In this document: positions 21,836 to 31,751 of the stretch, one piece after another
Position numbering within the stretch: position 1 is the stretch's first letter
Layout of the letters: every line of letters starts with the position of its first letter
Origin: Alphaproteobacteria bacterium
GTDB taxonomy: Bacteria > Pseudomonadota > Alphaproteobacteria > CADEGL01
NCBI GenBank assembly: GCA_046153685.1
Contig: JBJXGH010000191.1
Coordinates: 2,750-66,749 of the forward strand
DNA length: 64,000 bases
Reading direction: 5' to 3'
Notes under the pieces: model-generated
What the model was told of the DNA's origin: nothing
The model's database searches: none
Seen by the model: only the letters and a program-made list of their open reading frames with translations
Position numbers and translations under genes: made by a program

Positions 21836-22225
21836 ATGACCAATACGCGGTTTGGCAAGATTGACGGCATCGCGAACGATATCCCCGAGCAGGGCGTCGA
21901 AAGTGGCCCCGACTCGGGTCCGCTCGCGGTCGTCGGCTGGGGTTCGACCTACGGGCCGATCAGCCGGGCGGTCGCCGATTTGAACGCCCAGGGCCACGGG
22001 GTCGCGCATATCCATCTCCGCCACATTTGGCCGATGCCGCGTAATCTCGGCGCCATGCTCAAGCGCTACGCTCGGATCGTCGTACCCGAAATGAACGCGG
22101 GCCAGCTCGTCAACGTGTTGCGCGCGACCTATCTGGTTCCCGCCGAGGGCCTGAACAAGGTCACCGGCAAGCCGTTCAAGATCGGCGAGATCGAAGACGC
22201 CCTTCGCGCCCGCCTGGAGAAGTGA
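21836..22225 (+). CDS. korA: 2-oxoglutarate:ferredoxin oxidoreductase alpha subunit, C-terminal part (same frame as 20357-21784)
   Basis: Same reading frame; the distance 21836-20357 is 493 codons. Homologous-looking sequence resumes straight after the TAG (KDYDSGHISYD...). VVGWGSTYGPISRAV...HLRHIWPMP is the transketolase-C-like domain. Ends 1 nt before korB. Confidence 0.85.
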   Translation: MTNTRFGKIDGIANDIPEQGVESGPDSGPLAVVGWGSTYGPISRAVADLNAQGHGVAHIHLRHIWPMPRNLGAMLKRYARIVVPEMNAGQLVNVLRATYLVPAEGLNKVTGKPFKIGEIEDALRARLEK

Positions 22226-22226
22226 C

Positions 22227-23258
22227 ATGAACATCCAAACGCCCGTCGCGAAGCTAAAGCCCGAGGATTTCGAAACCGATCAGGAATTGCGCTGGTGCCC
22301 GGGTTGCGGCGACTACGCCATCATCAAATCGGTGAAGAAGGCGCTGGCCGAAATCGGTACGCCGCGCGAGAAAACCGTGTTCGTCTCGGGCATCGGCTGC
22401 GCCGCGCGCTTCCCCTATTACATTGCGAGTTACGGATTTCACACCATCCACGGCCGCTCGCCCGCCGTGGCGACAGGGGTGAAGCTCGCCAATCCCGAGC
22501 TCGATGTCTGGGTGGTGGGCGGCGACGGCGACATGCTCTCGATCGGCGGCAATCACCTGATGCACGCGCTACGGCGCAACATCGATTTGAACATTCTGCT
22601 GTTCAACAACGAGATCTACGGCCTGACAAAGGGCCAATATTCCCCGACCTCGCGCGTCGGCACGCGCTCGCCCTCGACCCCGCTGGGTTCGGTCGAGCAG
22701 CCCGTCTCTGCCGCCCTGTTCGCGCTTGGCGCGGGTGCCCGCTTCGTCGCGCGCGGCATCGATACCCAGCAGCGCGTGCTGCCCGAATTGCTCAAACGCG
22801 CCCACGCCCACAAGGGGGCGTCATTCCTCGAGATCATCCAGAACTGCCTGGTTTACAATGACGACGCCTTTGCCCATTTCACCGCCAAGGACGTGGCCCA
22901 GGACAACCAGATCCTGGTTGCGCACGGCAAACCCCTGCTCTTTGGCAAGGACGGCAATAAGGGCCTGCGCTTGAGGCCCGGCGCGCTGGAGATCGAGGTC
23001 GTGACGGTCGGCGAAGGCGGTGTGCCGGAAAGCGAGATCCTCGTCCATGACGAAACCAACCGCACGCTCGCCAATTGGCTGGCGGCGATGGACGCGCCCA
23101 AATTCCCAGTCGCTATCGGCGTCATTTACTGCAATCCGGGCCCGTCCTACGAAGCGGCGATCGCGGCGCAAATGGCGGCCGCCAAGGCCAAGGCGCCAAC
23201 GCCCGATCTCGCCGCCCTGCTGCGCCGAGGCCATACCTGGCGCGTCGGCGCCGGCTGA
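22227..23258 (+). CDS. korB: 2-oxoglutarate:ferredoxin oxidoreductase beta subunit
   Basis: WCPGCGDYAI...SGIGCAARFPYY...HGRSPAVATG...GGDGDMLSIGGNH...NNEIYGLTKGQ (TPP-binding subunit). Confidence 0.9.
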   Translation: MNIQTPVAKLKPEDFETDQELRWCPGCGDYAIIKSVKKALAEIGTPREKTVFVSGIGCAARFPYYIASYGFHTIHGRSPAVATGVKLANPELDVWVVGGDGDMLSIGGNHLMHALRRNIDLNILLFNNEIYGLTKGQYSPTSRVGTRSPSTPLGSVEQPVSAALFALGAGARFVARGIDTQQRVLPELLKRAHAHKGASFLEIIQNCLVYNDDAFAHFTAKDVAQDNQILVAHGKPLLFGKDGNKGLRLRPGALEIEVVTVGEGGVPESEILVHDETNRTLANWLAAMDAPKFPVAIGVIYCNPGPSYEAAIAAQMAAAKAKAPTPDLAALLRRGHTWRVGAG

Positions 23259-23305
23259 ACCGCGCGCCCGGCTGCCCCGAAGACGCCCTGTTCGATTCGG
23301 GAAAT

Positions 23306-23337
23306 CCGGGCGCCCAGAAGGGCGCCCGGTTCGTTTT
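23306..23337 (+). terminator. intrinsic terminator after korB
   Basis: Perfect 10-bp stem CCGGGCGCCC / GGGCGCCCGG (23306-23315 and 23320-23329) with a 4-nt loop AGAA, followed by TTCGTTTT. Confidence 0.65.
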
Positions 23338-23429
23338 GGCCCCAAGGCATTGGATTTCTGCCTCCGGTCGGGGCTTTTCGCCACGCGCCCGCCCGCCTAG
23401 TCTCTTGCGCTGTTTCCAGGAGAACCGAC

Positions 23430-25748
23430 ATGAGCGAGACTTTTCCGACCCACGCCCAAGCCGTCGTGATCGGCGGCGGAATCGCCGGCTGCAACATGGC
23501 CTACCACCTGGCCAAGCTCGGCTGGCGGGACGTCGTCGTGGTCGAGAAGCAGAAGCTGTCATCCGGCACCACCTGGCATTCCGCGGGCAATGTGACGCGC
23601 CTGGTGAGCTCGCTCTCGACCATGCGCCATTACAAATACGCGGGCGAATTGTATTCCTCGCTCGAGGCCGAAACCGGCCAGGCGACGGGGTGGCGGCGCT
23701 GCGGCCGGGTGATGATGGCGCGCACCCCCGAGCGCATCTCGGAACTGAAGCGCATGAAGTCGATGGGCAAATTGCTCGGCATCCCGGTCGAGGAAATCTC
23801 GCCCAAGGAAGTCGGGGAAAAACTGCCGATCATGCGCACCGAAGATCTGGTCGGTGCGATCTGGAGTCCGAGCGATGGCCGGGTCAATCCGACCGATGCC
23901 CTGATGGCCCTGGTCAAGGGTGCGCGGGCGCGCGGCGTGCGCTTTGTCGAGGACACCGCCGTGACCGGTATCGCACGGCGCGACGGCCGGGTTACGGGCG
24001 TGGAAACCTCGAACGGCCCGATCGCGACCGAAATCGTCGTCAACGCGGCCGGGCTGTGGAGCCGGCGCATCGCGACAGGCGCCGGGGTCGATGCGCCGCT
24101 CTATGCCGCGGAACACTTCTACATTCTGACCAAGCCCATGGGCATGCCCGCGGACATGCCGACCTTCCGCGATCCGGACGGTCTGATTTACGGCCGCGAG
24201 GACGTGGGCGGGCTTCTGGTCGGCGCCTTCGATATCGGCGCCAAGGCCCTGCCGGTCGAACGCATCCCCGAAAAGTTCGCCTTCAGCCTGTTGAATGAGG
24301 ACTGGGATCAATTCGAGCCTTACATGAAGACGGCGATCCACCGCATCCCCGCGCTCGAGACGGCCCAAATCCGGATGTTGCTGAATGGCCCGGAGAGCTT
24401 CACCCCGGACGGCGATCCGCTGGTCGGCGAGGCGCCGGGTCTCAAGGGCTTTTATTTGTTCTGCGGCTTCAATTCGGGCGGCGTCACCTATTCGCCGGGC
24501 ACGAGCCGGGCCTTGGCCGAACGCATCGTCGAGGGCAAGACCGATACCGATCTCGCCCATCTCGATCCGCGCCGCTTCGGCCCCTGTCATGCGACCGAAG
24601 GCTTTCTCAAGGCGCGCGTCACCGAAATGCCGAGTTTCCATTTTTTCGTGCACGAGGCCGGACACGAATTCAAAACCGGCCGCGATCTGCGTCTGTCGCC
24701 GGTGCATACGGCTTTCGCCGCGCGCAAATCCCTGTTCGGCGCCAGCTTTGGCTGGGAACGACCGAAATATCTCGGCGAGAACGGCGCGACGATGACGGAC
24801 GCGATCGCGGCGGAGTGCACGGCCGCGCGCGAGCGCGCGGCTCTGTTCGACCGCTCGAGTCTCGCCAAAATCCTGGTGCAGGGCGGCGACGCCGGCGCCT
24901 ATCTCGATTCCCTGTCGCTGCGCCCGCTCGACATGGCGCCGGGTGAGGCGCGGCCGACCGCCTTCCTCAACGGCCGGGGCGGCGTCGAGGCCCTGCCCGT
25001 CGTGGTGCGTCTGACGGACGGCGATTTTCTGGTTCTCGCCGAAGCCGAGTCGGGCGATCACGTCATCGATTGGCTCAAGCGCAATGTTCCCGCCACGCGC
25101 CACGTGGCGGTGACGGATGTTTCGAACGCCTATGCCGCGCTCGGCCTGCGCGGCCCGGCGACGGACGGGATATTGGCGGGCGCGGGCGCAAGCGCGATCG
25201 AGGGCACGGCGCCGCTGGTCGAGCTTGGCTACGCGCGCGGCCGCGCGGTCTCGGGCGCGTTCGGCAATGATCGCCTGATCCTGGTCGAGAGCGAGTTCGC
25301 GGCCAATGTGTACGAGGCCATTCTCGAGGCAGGCGCCAAATCCGGCATGGCGCACGCCGGATGGTTCGCAAGCGAGGCCTTGCGCCTGTTCGACGGCCGG
25401 CCGGCCTGGGGCATCGACACGGGTGCCGCCACGGATGCGCGCGCGACGTTCGGCGCCGTGGCGGTAAAGGGGTCGCGCAATTTCATGGGACTGGGCGCCA
25501 TGCGCACGGCCGGGGCCCCGCGCCTCGTGCGGCGCTGCCTCATCCTCAAGGGTAATCCGCGCCCGCAAGGCAGCGAGCCCATCCTGGGCGCGGGCAAATT
25601 GGTCGGGGCCACGACCTCCGGCGCACAGATCCCCTGGCTCGGCCGCACCATCGTCATGGGCCATGTCCCGGCAAAGGGCGCGGGCGCATCATCGGTCGAA
25701 ATCGAAGCGCAGATCTATGCGGCCGAGATTCATGCGACCGGTCGGTAA
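23430..25748 (+). CDS. dimethylglycine/sarcosine-dehydrogenase-like FAD oxidoreductase fused to a GcvT-type (folate-binding aminomethyltransferase) domain
   Basis: 772 aa. N-terminal VVIGGGIAGCNMAYHLAK...SSGTTWHSAG (DAO-type FAD fold). The C-terminal half is laid out like GcvT. Confidence 0.75.
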   Translation: MSETFPTHAQAVVIGGGIAGCNMAYHLAKLGWRDVVVVEKQKLSSGTTWHSAGNVTRLVSSLSTMRHYKYAGELYSSLEAETGQATGWRRCGRVMMARTPERISELKRMKSMGKLLGIPVEEISPKEVGEKLPIMRTEDLVGAIWSPSDGRVNPTDALMALVKGARARGVRFVEDTAVTGIARRDGRVTGVETSNGPIATEIVVNAAGLWSRRIATGAGVDAPLYAAEHFYILTKPMGMPADMPTFRDPDGLIYGREDVGGLLVGAFDIGAKALPVERIPEKFAFSLLNEDWDQFEPYMKTAIHRIPALETAQIRMLLNGPESFTPDGDPLVGEAPGLKGFYLFCGFNSGGVTYSPGTSRALAERIVEGKTDTDLAHLDPRRFGPCHATEGFLKARVTEMPSFHFFVHEAGHEFKTGRDLRLSPVHTAFAARKSLFGASFGWERPKYLGENGATMTDAIAAECTAARERAALFDRSSLAKILVQGGDAGAYLDSLSLRPLDMAPGEARPTAFLNGRGGVEALPVVVRLTDGDFLVLAEAESGDHVIDWLKRNVPATRHVAVTDVSNAYAALGLRGPATDGILAGAGASAIEGTAPLVELGYARGRAVSGAFGNDRLILVESEFAANVYEAILEAGAKSGMAHAGWFASEALRLFDGRPAWGIDTGAATDARATFGAVAVKGSRNFMGLGAMRTAGAPRLVRRCLILKGNPRPQGSEPILGAGKLVGATTSGAQIPWLGRTIVMGHVPAKGAGASSVEIEAQIYAAEIHATGR

Positions 25749-25763
25749 ATCCGGCCGCCTTGC

Positions 25764-28070
25764 ATGACGCAGTTTGGCATCGGTCAATCGGTCCGCCGGA
25801 AGGAGGATCAACGCCTTCTGCTCGGCCGTGGCCGGTTCGTCGATGATCTCGTGCTCGCGCGCATGGCCCATGCCGTGGTCGTGCGCTCGCCGCACGCGCA
25901 CGCCGACATCTTGGCGATCGATCTCGCCCCGGCCCGGCGCTCGCCGGGCGTGCTTGCAATCGCGAGTTCGACCGAACTCGAAACAGACGGCATTCATTCC
26001 ATCCCGGCGTTTTATAAACCGCCCGAGATTGCGTTCAGCGAGGCGCCCATGCCCATCCTCGCGCGCGGCCGAGTGCGCCATGTGGGCGAGCCGGTAGCCT
26101 TCGTCGTCGCCCAAACCCTGGCCCAGGCGCGCGACGCGGCGGAATACGTCGAGATTTCCTATCGCCCCCTGCCCGCCTCGGCCGATGTCGCGCGCGCCAT
26201 GGCGGCAGGCACACCGCGCCTTCACGACAGTGCGCCCGATAATCGCTGCTACCGCTTTGAATCCGGCAACCACGCCGCGACCGAGGCCGCGTTCAGCGAC
26301 GCGGAACTCGTCGTGCGCACGCATCTGCGCAATAACCGCCTTGTGATCAACGCCATCGAGCCGCGCGCGGCCGTGGGCGATTTCGCCGATGGCCGCTTGG
26401 TGCTGTATGCCAATTCGCAAGTGCCGCACCGCCTCAAATCCGCCCTCGCCGAGCATATCTTTCGCGTGCCCGAGGACCGCGTGCGCGTCTTGATCGAGGA
26501 CGTGGGCGGCGGCTTCGGCGCCAAGAACCAGCTTTATCCCGAGCAGATCCTGGTGCTGTGGGCGGCGCGCGCGCTGGGCCGGCCGGTTAAATGGCTCGGC
26601 ACCAATTCCGAAGGCCACTTGGCCGATATCCAAGGCCGCGATCACGACAGCGAGGCCGAGCTCGCCCTCGACAAGGACGGCACATTTCGCGCCATCCGAG
26701 TGCGCACCTCGGCGGCGCTCGGCGCCTATGTGGCGACCAACGCGGCGCTCATTCCGACCGTCGGCCGCGCGGCAATGTGCGGACCCTATCGCATCGGCGC
26801 GGGCCATATCCGGGTCGATGCCGTGTTCGCCAATACGACCCGCACGGACGCCTATCGTGGTGCTGGCTCGCCCGAGGCCAATTACCTCGTCGAACGCCTG
26901 GTCGATCGCGCGGCGCGCGCGCTGGGCACCACGCCCGAGGCGTTGCGCCGGAAGAATCTTCTGACCCCCGCCGATCTGCCCCACACCACGCCGTCCGGCT
27001 ACACCTTCGATGTCGGCGACTTTCCCCGCCGCCTCGATCAGGCCCTCGCGGCGGCGGACGCGAAGGGATTCGAAGCGCGGCGCCGGGACGCCGAAGCGCG
27101 CGGACGGCTTCGCGGCCTCGGCATCGCCTCGACCATCGAGGCCAAGGCCGGCGGCATGACCGAGACGACCGCCATCCGGTTCGATCCGCAAGGCCGCATC
27201 CGCGTGCTGTCGGGCATGATGGCCAACGGCCAGGGTCACGCCACGACCTTCGCGCAGATCGTCGCCGACAAGCTCGGCCTCGATTGGACCGATATCGAAA
27301 TCGTCCAGGGCGATACCGACGCGATCGCCACCGGCTTGGGCACGGCGGGTTCGCGCTCGCTCGTGCTGGGCGGCTCCTCGCTGGTGCGCGCGGTGGAAAC
27401 GGCGATCGAGACCGGCATGGCCGTCGCGGGCCAGTTGCTCGAGGCCGCGATTGCGGATGTGATTTTCGAGAACGGCGCGTATGCCGTCGCCGGCACCGAT
27501 CGGCGCGTGCGCTTCGCCGAGGTCGCGCGCGCGATCGGCGATCCCACCCGCCGCGCGCCCGGAACGCCCGGCAGCCTTGATTGCGAGGCAAGTTTCGATT
27601 CCCGCTATTCCTTCCCCAATGCCAGCCATGTCGCCGAGGTCGAGATCGATCCCGAAACCGGGCAGGTGGCGCTTCTCGGCTACGCCGTCGCGCAAGATTC
27701 GGGCACCATCGTCAATCCCATGATCGTCGAGGGCCAGATGCACGGCGGCCTTGTCCAAGGCATCGGCCAGGCATTGATGGAGCATGCGGTTTACGACGCG
27801 AAAACCGCCCAGCCGCTTTCGGGCTCGCTCCTCGACTACGCGCTGCCGCGCGCGGACGATGTGCCGATGTTCGCCATCGGTCTCGATGGCGTGCCCGCGC
27901 CGACCAATCCCCTGGGCGCGAAGGGCGTGGGCGAAACGGGCTGCACGGGCGCGCCGCCCGCCGTGATGAATGCCATCCTCGACGCCCTCGCCCCGCTCGG
28001 GGTCGAGCATATCGACATGCCGGCAACGCCCGAGCGCGTCTGGCGCGCGATCGCATCGGCGCGTGGATGA
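25764..28070 (+). CDS. xanthine dehydrogenase/CoxL family molybdopterin-binding large subunit
   Basis: 768 aa. IGQSVRRKEDQRLLLGRGRFVDD N-terminus, an AYRGAG loop and GAKGVGETGCTGAPPAV near the C-terminus. No small (2Fe-2S) or medium (FAD) subunit gene is adjacent. Confidence 0.85.
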   Translation: MTQFGIGQSVRRKEDQRLLLGRGRFVDDLVLARMAHAVVVRSPHAHADILAIDLAPARRSPGVLAIASSTELETDGIHSIPAFYKPPEIAFSEAPMPILARGRVRHVGEPVAFVVAQTLAQARDAAEYVEISYRPLPASADVARAMAAGTPRLHDSAPDNRCYRFESGNHAATEAAFSDAELVVRTHLRNNRLVINAIEPRAAVGDFADGRLVLYANSQVPHRLKSALAEHIFRVPEDRVRVLIEDVGGGFGAKNQLYPEQILVLWAARALGRPVKWLGTNSEGHLADIQGRDHDSEAELALDKDGTFRAIRVRTSAALGAYVATNAALIPTVGRAAMCGPYRIGAGHIRVDAVFANTTRTDAYRGAGSPEANYLVERLVDRAARALGTTPEALRRKNLLTPADLPHTTPSGYTFDVGDFPRRLDQALAAADAKGFEARRRDAEARGRLRGLGIASTIEAKAGGMTETTAIRFDPQGRIRVLSGMMANGQGHATTFAQIVADKLGLDWTDIEIVQGDTDAIATGLGTAGSRSLVLGGSSLVRAVETAIETGMAVAGQLLEAAIADVIFENGAYAVAGTDRRVRFAEVARAIGDPTRRAPGTPGSLDCEASFDSRYSFPNASHVAEVEIDPETGQVALLGYAVAQDSGTIVNPMIVEGQMHGGLVQGIGQALMEHAVYDAKTAQPLSGSLLDYALPRADDVPMFAIGLDGVPAPTNPLGAKGVGETGCTGAPPAVMNAILDALAPLGVEHIDMPATPERVWRAIASARG

Positions 28071-28930
28071 ACCCCGCCCGCGCGCCGCTTTGGGCCGCCG
28101 CCGCGGTGTTGTTCGCGGGCTTCTTGTGGAGCCTCCAAGGCCTCACGATCCGCCTCATCGAGGACGCCTCGAGCGCTCAGATCGTCTATTGGCGCAATCT
28201 TGGGCAGTATTCGGCGCTTCTAGCCTTCGTCGCATTGCGCAATCGCGGCCGGCTGTTCGCCGCCTTTGGCGCTGCGGGGGGGCTTGCGGTCGTCGGCGGG
28301 CTGTTCCAGGCGATCTCCAGCATTTCGGTTGTCTTTGCCTTCGGCCTGACGACGGTCGCCAATGTGAATTTCATTCTCTCGACCGGCCCGTTCATGGCCG
28401 GGCTCGGCGCGTGGCTGGTGCTGCGCGAGCGGCTGTCGCGGCGCACGGTCGGCGCCATGGTGCTGGGCGCAATCGGCGTCGCGGTGATGATGATCGAGGG
28501 TTTGTCGGGTGGCCATCTGCTTGGCAATGCGCTCGCGGTGACCACGACCATGGGCTTTGCCGGCTTGGCGGTCGTGCTGCGCGTGCGGCGCCATGTGGAC
28601 ATGCTGCCAACGGTGTGTTGGGGCACGGGCTTCGCCATTCTCGCTGGCTTGGCGATGACCGAGGGCCATGTTGCGATTCCGACGCAGGATATTGTCCTGT
28701 GCCTGTCGATGGGCGCGGCACAAATCGGCTTCGGTCAGATCTTGTTCATACTGGCCTCGCGCCACGTTCCCGCCGGGCCATTGGCGTTCCTCACGCTGAG
28801 CGAGATCGTGCTCGGGCCGCTTTGGGCCTGGATCGGGGTGAACGAGATCCCGAACCCGCTCACCCTCGTCGGCGGAGCAATCGTCATCGGCGCGATCGTC
28901 TGGCAGACCTTCGGCGAGACCAGGCGCTAG
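28067..28930 (+). CDS. EamA/DMT family transporter
   Basis: About 287 aa, polytopic. ATG 28067 overlaps the upstream stop (ATGA). Confidence 0.75.
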   Translation: MNPARAPLWAAAAVLFAGFLWSLQGLTIRLIEDASSAQIVYWRNLGQYSALLAFVALRNRGRLFAAFGAAGGLAVVGGLFQAISSISVVFAFGLTTVANVNFILSTGPFMAGLGAWLVLRERLSRRTVGAMVLGAIGVAVMMIEGLSGGHLLGNALAVTTTMGFAGLAVVLRVRRHVDMLPTVCWGTGFAILAGLAMTEGHVAIPTQDIVLCLSMGAAQIGFGQILFILASRHVPAGPLAFLTLSEIVLGPLWAWIGVNEIPNPLTLVGGAIVIGAIVWQTFGETRR

Positions 28931-30567
28931 CGCCAGCGTTTCTCGAACTTGTCGTAGCTGTTCGCGCGCAAATCCGCGACGCCCGCGACGAGGGCCTTCT
29001 TCTCGACCCGGTCGGACGCGGTATAGCCGAAGGAATCGCGGTATTCGATGAAGCGCGGCACCTTGAACTTCGCGAGATTTTTCTCGCAATGGGCGAGGAT
29101 GCGCTCGGGCCCGACCTGTTCCTTGGTCAGCCCCGCCTGAAGTTGGACATAGGCCTTGACCTCCTCGCCCATCACCGGATCGGGCACGGGCACCACGGCG
29201 GCGTCCTTGATTTCCGCCATGGTGCGCAGCACCGCCTCGACCTCGCGCGCGGCCACGTTCTCCCCGCCTCGGCGCACCATTTCCTTGAGCCGGCCGACGA
29301 TCGTGTAATAGCCGTCGGCGTCCACGCGAAACAAATCGCCGGTGCGGAACCAGCCGTCGCGGAAGGAATCGCGATTGGCCTCGTCCTTCTTGTAATAGCC
29401 GTACATCTGCCCGGCGCCGCGCGTCCACAATTCGCCCACATCGCCCGTCGGCACGGGCAATCCGTCCTCGCCCATGATCTTGATCTCGCGGTGGGCCGAA
29501 GGGATCCCGCATGAGCCCGAGCCCACCATGTGCGTGTCCTCGGGCGGCATATAAAGGCATGTCCCGTTCTCGGTCATGCCGTACATCTCGCGCGCGATGA
29601 CATTGAAGCGCTTCTCGAGCGGGGCGTGGTTTTCCTTGGTGAGGCCGAAGGTGAAGACGTGCCGCAAGCCGCTCTGGCCATCGAGGGGATGTTCGGGCTG
29701 CTTGAACACGGGCTCGAACATGAGGCAGCACTCGAGCGCGTGCGCGCGCACCCATGCCATGAAGCTCGCATTGCGCGGCGCCGAGCAGAGATACACGGCG
29801 GCACCATCGAAGAAAGCCATCGGCACGATGAACATGGGATCGATATAGAAAAAATACTGCGCGATCAGCAGGCGCTGGAACGATTTTCGCGTCTGATAAA
29901 GCACCGTGCGCGCCATCTGCAGCCAAAAGCGCTGCGGCACAATGCAGCCCTTGGGAAACCCCGTCGTACCCGAGGTGTATTGGATATTGGAGGGATCGTC
30001 CAAGCCGCCTTCCTCGACCGGCAGGGCGCGGGGGTCCGCGGCGGCGACGATCGTCTCCCAATCGTGCGCCGCGCCCGCAACCGCCCCGCCATGGGCGATC
30101 ACGCGCGCCGCGACGAGGCCCGGCGGCCTCTTGCCCACGCCCGCGAGAACCGCCGCGAATTCCGCATGGATCACCAAGGCCTCGGCCTCGGCGTCGTTCA
30201 GCACATATTCGAGTTCGCGCGCGGTGTAGCGCACATTGACCGGAATCATCACGCAGCCGAGGCGGCAAAGAGCAAGCCAAGTCACGGGATAAGCGCCGAG
30301 ATTGGGCAGCATGACCGCGACATGAGCGCCCTTGCCCAGACCGAGCGCCGCCAGCGCCACGGCGCAAGAATCGACCCGGTCGCGGAGCTGGGCGTAACTC
30401 AGGGTCTCGCCCGTCTCGAAGAACACCAAAGCCTTCTTGTCTTGATATTTCGCCGCCGCCTCGGCCAGCAGGGCGTAAAGGCTCGTCGGCAAGGACGAGG
30501 CTTCGAGCGCGCGCTGCTCGCGGAATATGGCGCGATGGCGCGCCCAAATGCGTTCGATATCGGTCAT
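28927..30567 (-). CDS. AMP-dependent acyl-CoA synthetase/ligase
   Basis: Start at Met46 (ATG 30565-30567 after GAGGAAAA). IQYTSGTTGFPKGC, YGMTE and WFRTGDL...DGYYTIVGRLKE are ANL-superfamily motifs. Confidence 0.85.
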   Translation of the reverse strand: MTDIERIWARHRAIFREQRALEASSLPTSLYALLAEAAAKYQDKKALVFFETGETLSYAQLRDRVDSCAVALAALGLGKGAHVAVMLPNLGAYPVTWLALCRLGCVMIPVNVRYTARELEYVLNDAEAEALVIHAEFAAVLAGVGKRPPGLVAARVIAHGGAVAGAAHDWETIVAAADPRALPVEEGGLDDPSNIQYTSGTTGFPKGCIVPQRFWLQMARTVLYQTRKSFQRLLIAQYFFYIDPMFIVPMAFFDGAAVYLCSAPRNASFMAWVRAHALECCLMFEPVFKQPEHPLDGQSGLRHVFTFGLTKENHAPLEKRFNVIAREMYGMTENGTCLYMPPEDTHMVGSGSCGIPSAHREIKIMGEDGLPVPTGDVGELWTRGAGQMYGYYKKDEANRDSFRDGWFRTGDLFRVDADGYYTIVGRLKEMVRRGGENVAAREVEAVLRTMAEIKDAAVVPVPDPVMGEEVKAYVQLQAGLTKEQVGPERILAHCEKNLAKFKVPRFIEYRDSFGYTASDRVEKKALVAGVADLRANSYDKFEKRWR

Positions 30568-30679
30568 GATTTTCCTCGCGACTGCGCGATGATGTCCTTG
30601 GGACGCGCGCCGGATCAAGCACTTCTGATAGACTTGATGCGCCGCCATTCGGGGCTGGGCTGCTTGCCAGGAGGGGACC

Positions 30680-31150
30680 ATGACGGATTTCCGCATCGCC
30701 ACGGGGAAAAGCCTCGTCGGCCAAGAGATTCATCTGTCCGACTGGGTGACGATCACTCAGGAGATGGTCACGGGCTTTGCCGCCGCAACGCTCGACCCCG
30801 ATTGGATGCACGTTGATGTCGCGCGCTCGCGCCGCGAAAGCCCCTATGGCGAGACCATCGTCCAAGGCTTTCTCATGCAATCGCTCATCATCTATTTCAC
30901 GCACAAGGGCGGCGCCCAACCCTCCGACGTGGCCTATGGCTTGAATTACGGCATGGACAAGGTGCGGTTCCTGGTGCCGGTGCGCACGGGATCGCGCGTG
31001 CGCGATCGGATCACGCTCGCGGCCTTCGACGAGCGCGCGCCGGGGCGCTACCTCCAGCGCTCGCACCACGTCGTCGAGGTCGAGGGCGAAACCAAACCCG
31101 CCGTGATCGCCGATTGGCTGACCCTGTGGTTCAAGGAACTCGATTCCTGA
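30680..31150 (+). CDS. MaoC-like (R-specific enoyl-CoA hydratase fold) dehydratase
   Basis: 156 aa hot-dog protein with DPDWMHVDVARSRRESPYGETIVQGF. Confidence 0.75.
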   Translation: MTDFRIATGKSLVGQEIHLSDWVTITQEMVTGFAAATLDPDWMHVDVARSRRESPYGETIVQGFLMQSLIIYFTHKGGAQPSDVAYGLNYGMDKVRFLVPVRTGSRVRDRITLAAFDERAPGRYLQRSHHVVEVEGETKPAVIADWLTLWFKELDS

Positions 31151-31154
31151 GGGG

Positions 31155-31643
31155 TTAGACTTTCTTCGGCGCAAAGCCGATGGCGCGCCCGGCCTGTTCG
31201 GGCATGGGCAAGGTCTTGTGCGTGCGCCAGACCGCATCGAGCCGCGCGCGTGCGTCCGCGGGCCACGGGACCGAACGCCGCGCCTTCAAATCGACGTGGA
31301 GGTACATGACCTCGTTTGTCGCCGCGAGAAAGCCCTTCTCGGCGTGGTACATGCGAAAGAAGGCACGGTTGCGCTTGTCGTCATGGCCCAAGAGCTGGGC
31401 CGTCATGCGCAGCCGGTCGCCCTCGCGCACCTCGCCGAGGAAATTGATGTGCGTCTCGACCGCAAATTGCGCGCAATCCTCGCGCGCGCGGTAATTCTCC
31501 GATAGATCGAGATAGGCATAAAAATCGCGCGCCGCATACTCGAAAGCCAAAAGGTAGTAGCCGATATTCATGTGACCGGAATAATCGATCCATTCCGTGC
31601 GCACGGTCTGGTCCAGGCAGGCGAATTCCTCAACTTGGCTCAT
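31155..31643 (-). CDS. acyl-CoA thioesterase (4HBT/YbgC-like hot-dog)
   Basis: Start at Met118 of the track ORF (GGAGGAACC then ATG). About 162 aa; DYSGHMNIGYYLLAFEYA...ETHINFLGEVREGD. Confidence 0.65.
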   Translation of the reverse strand: MSQVEEFACLDQTVRTEWIDYSGHMNIGYYLLAFEYAARDFYAYLDLSENYRAREDCAQFAVETHINFLGEVREGDRLRMTAQLLGHDDKRNRAFFRMYHAEKGFLAATNEVMYLHVDLKARRSVPWPADARARLDAVWRTHKTLPMPEQAGRAIGFAPKKV

Positions 31644-31751
31644 GGTTCCTCCGCGGGTCCGGCACTTTAGGAACACCGCCGCGCGCGGTAAAGGCGCCGG
31701 TTGCGAGTCCGGGACCGGGACGCCAGGATGACCGCGGCGAACGGAGAGGCG

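Noticed and set aside
23559-25664. 701-aa minus-strand ORF
   Set aside because: It is antisense to the DMGDH-like gene and has no recognisable motifs.
25689-28010. 773-aa minus-strand ORF
   Set aside because: It is antisense to the well-supported CoxL-family gene. Its Arg/Gly/Ala/Asp-rich, motif-free translation is typical of shadow ORFs in high-GC DNA.
25764-28070. Aerobic carbon-monoxide dehydrogenase (coxL)
   Set aside because: The active-site loop reads AYRGAG rather than the Cys-containing AYxCSFR loop I recall for form I CODH. In addition, coxM, coxS and accessory genes are absent.
28220-31237. 1005-aa minus-strand ORF, the longest in the track
   Set aside because: It runs across three independently supported genes (the EamA transporter antisense, the acyl-CoA ligase off-frame, and MaoC antisense). 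It is extremely Arg/Gly/Pro-rich with no domain signature, so I treat it as an artefact of stop-codon scarcity.
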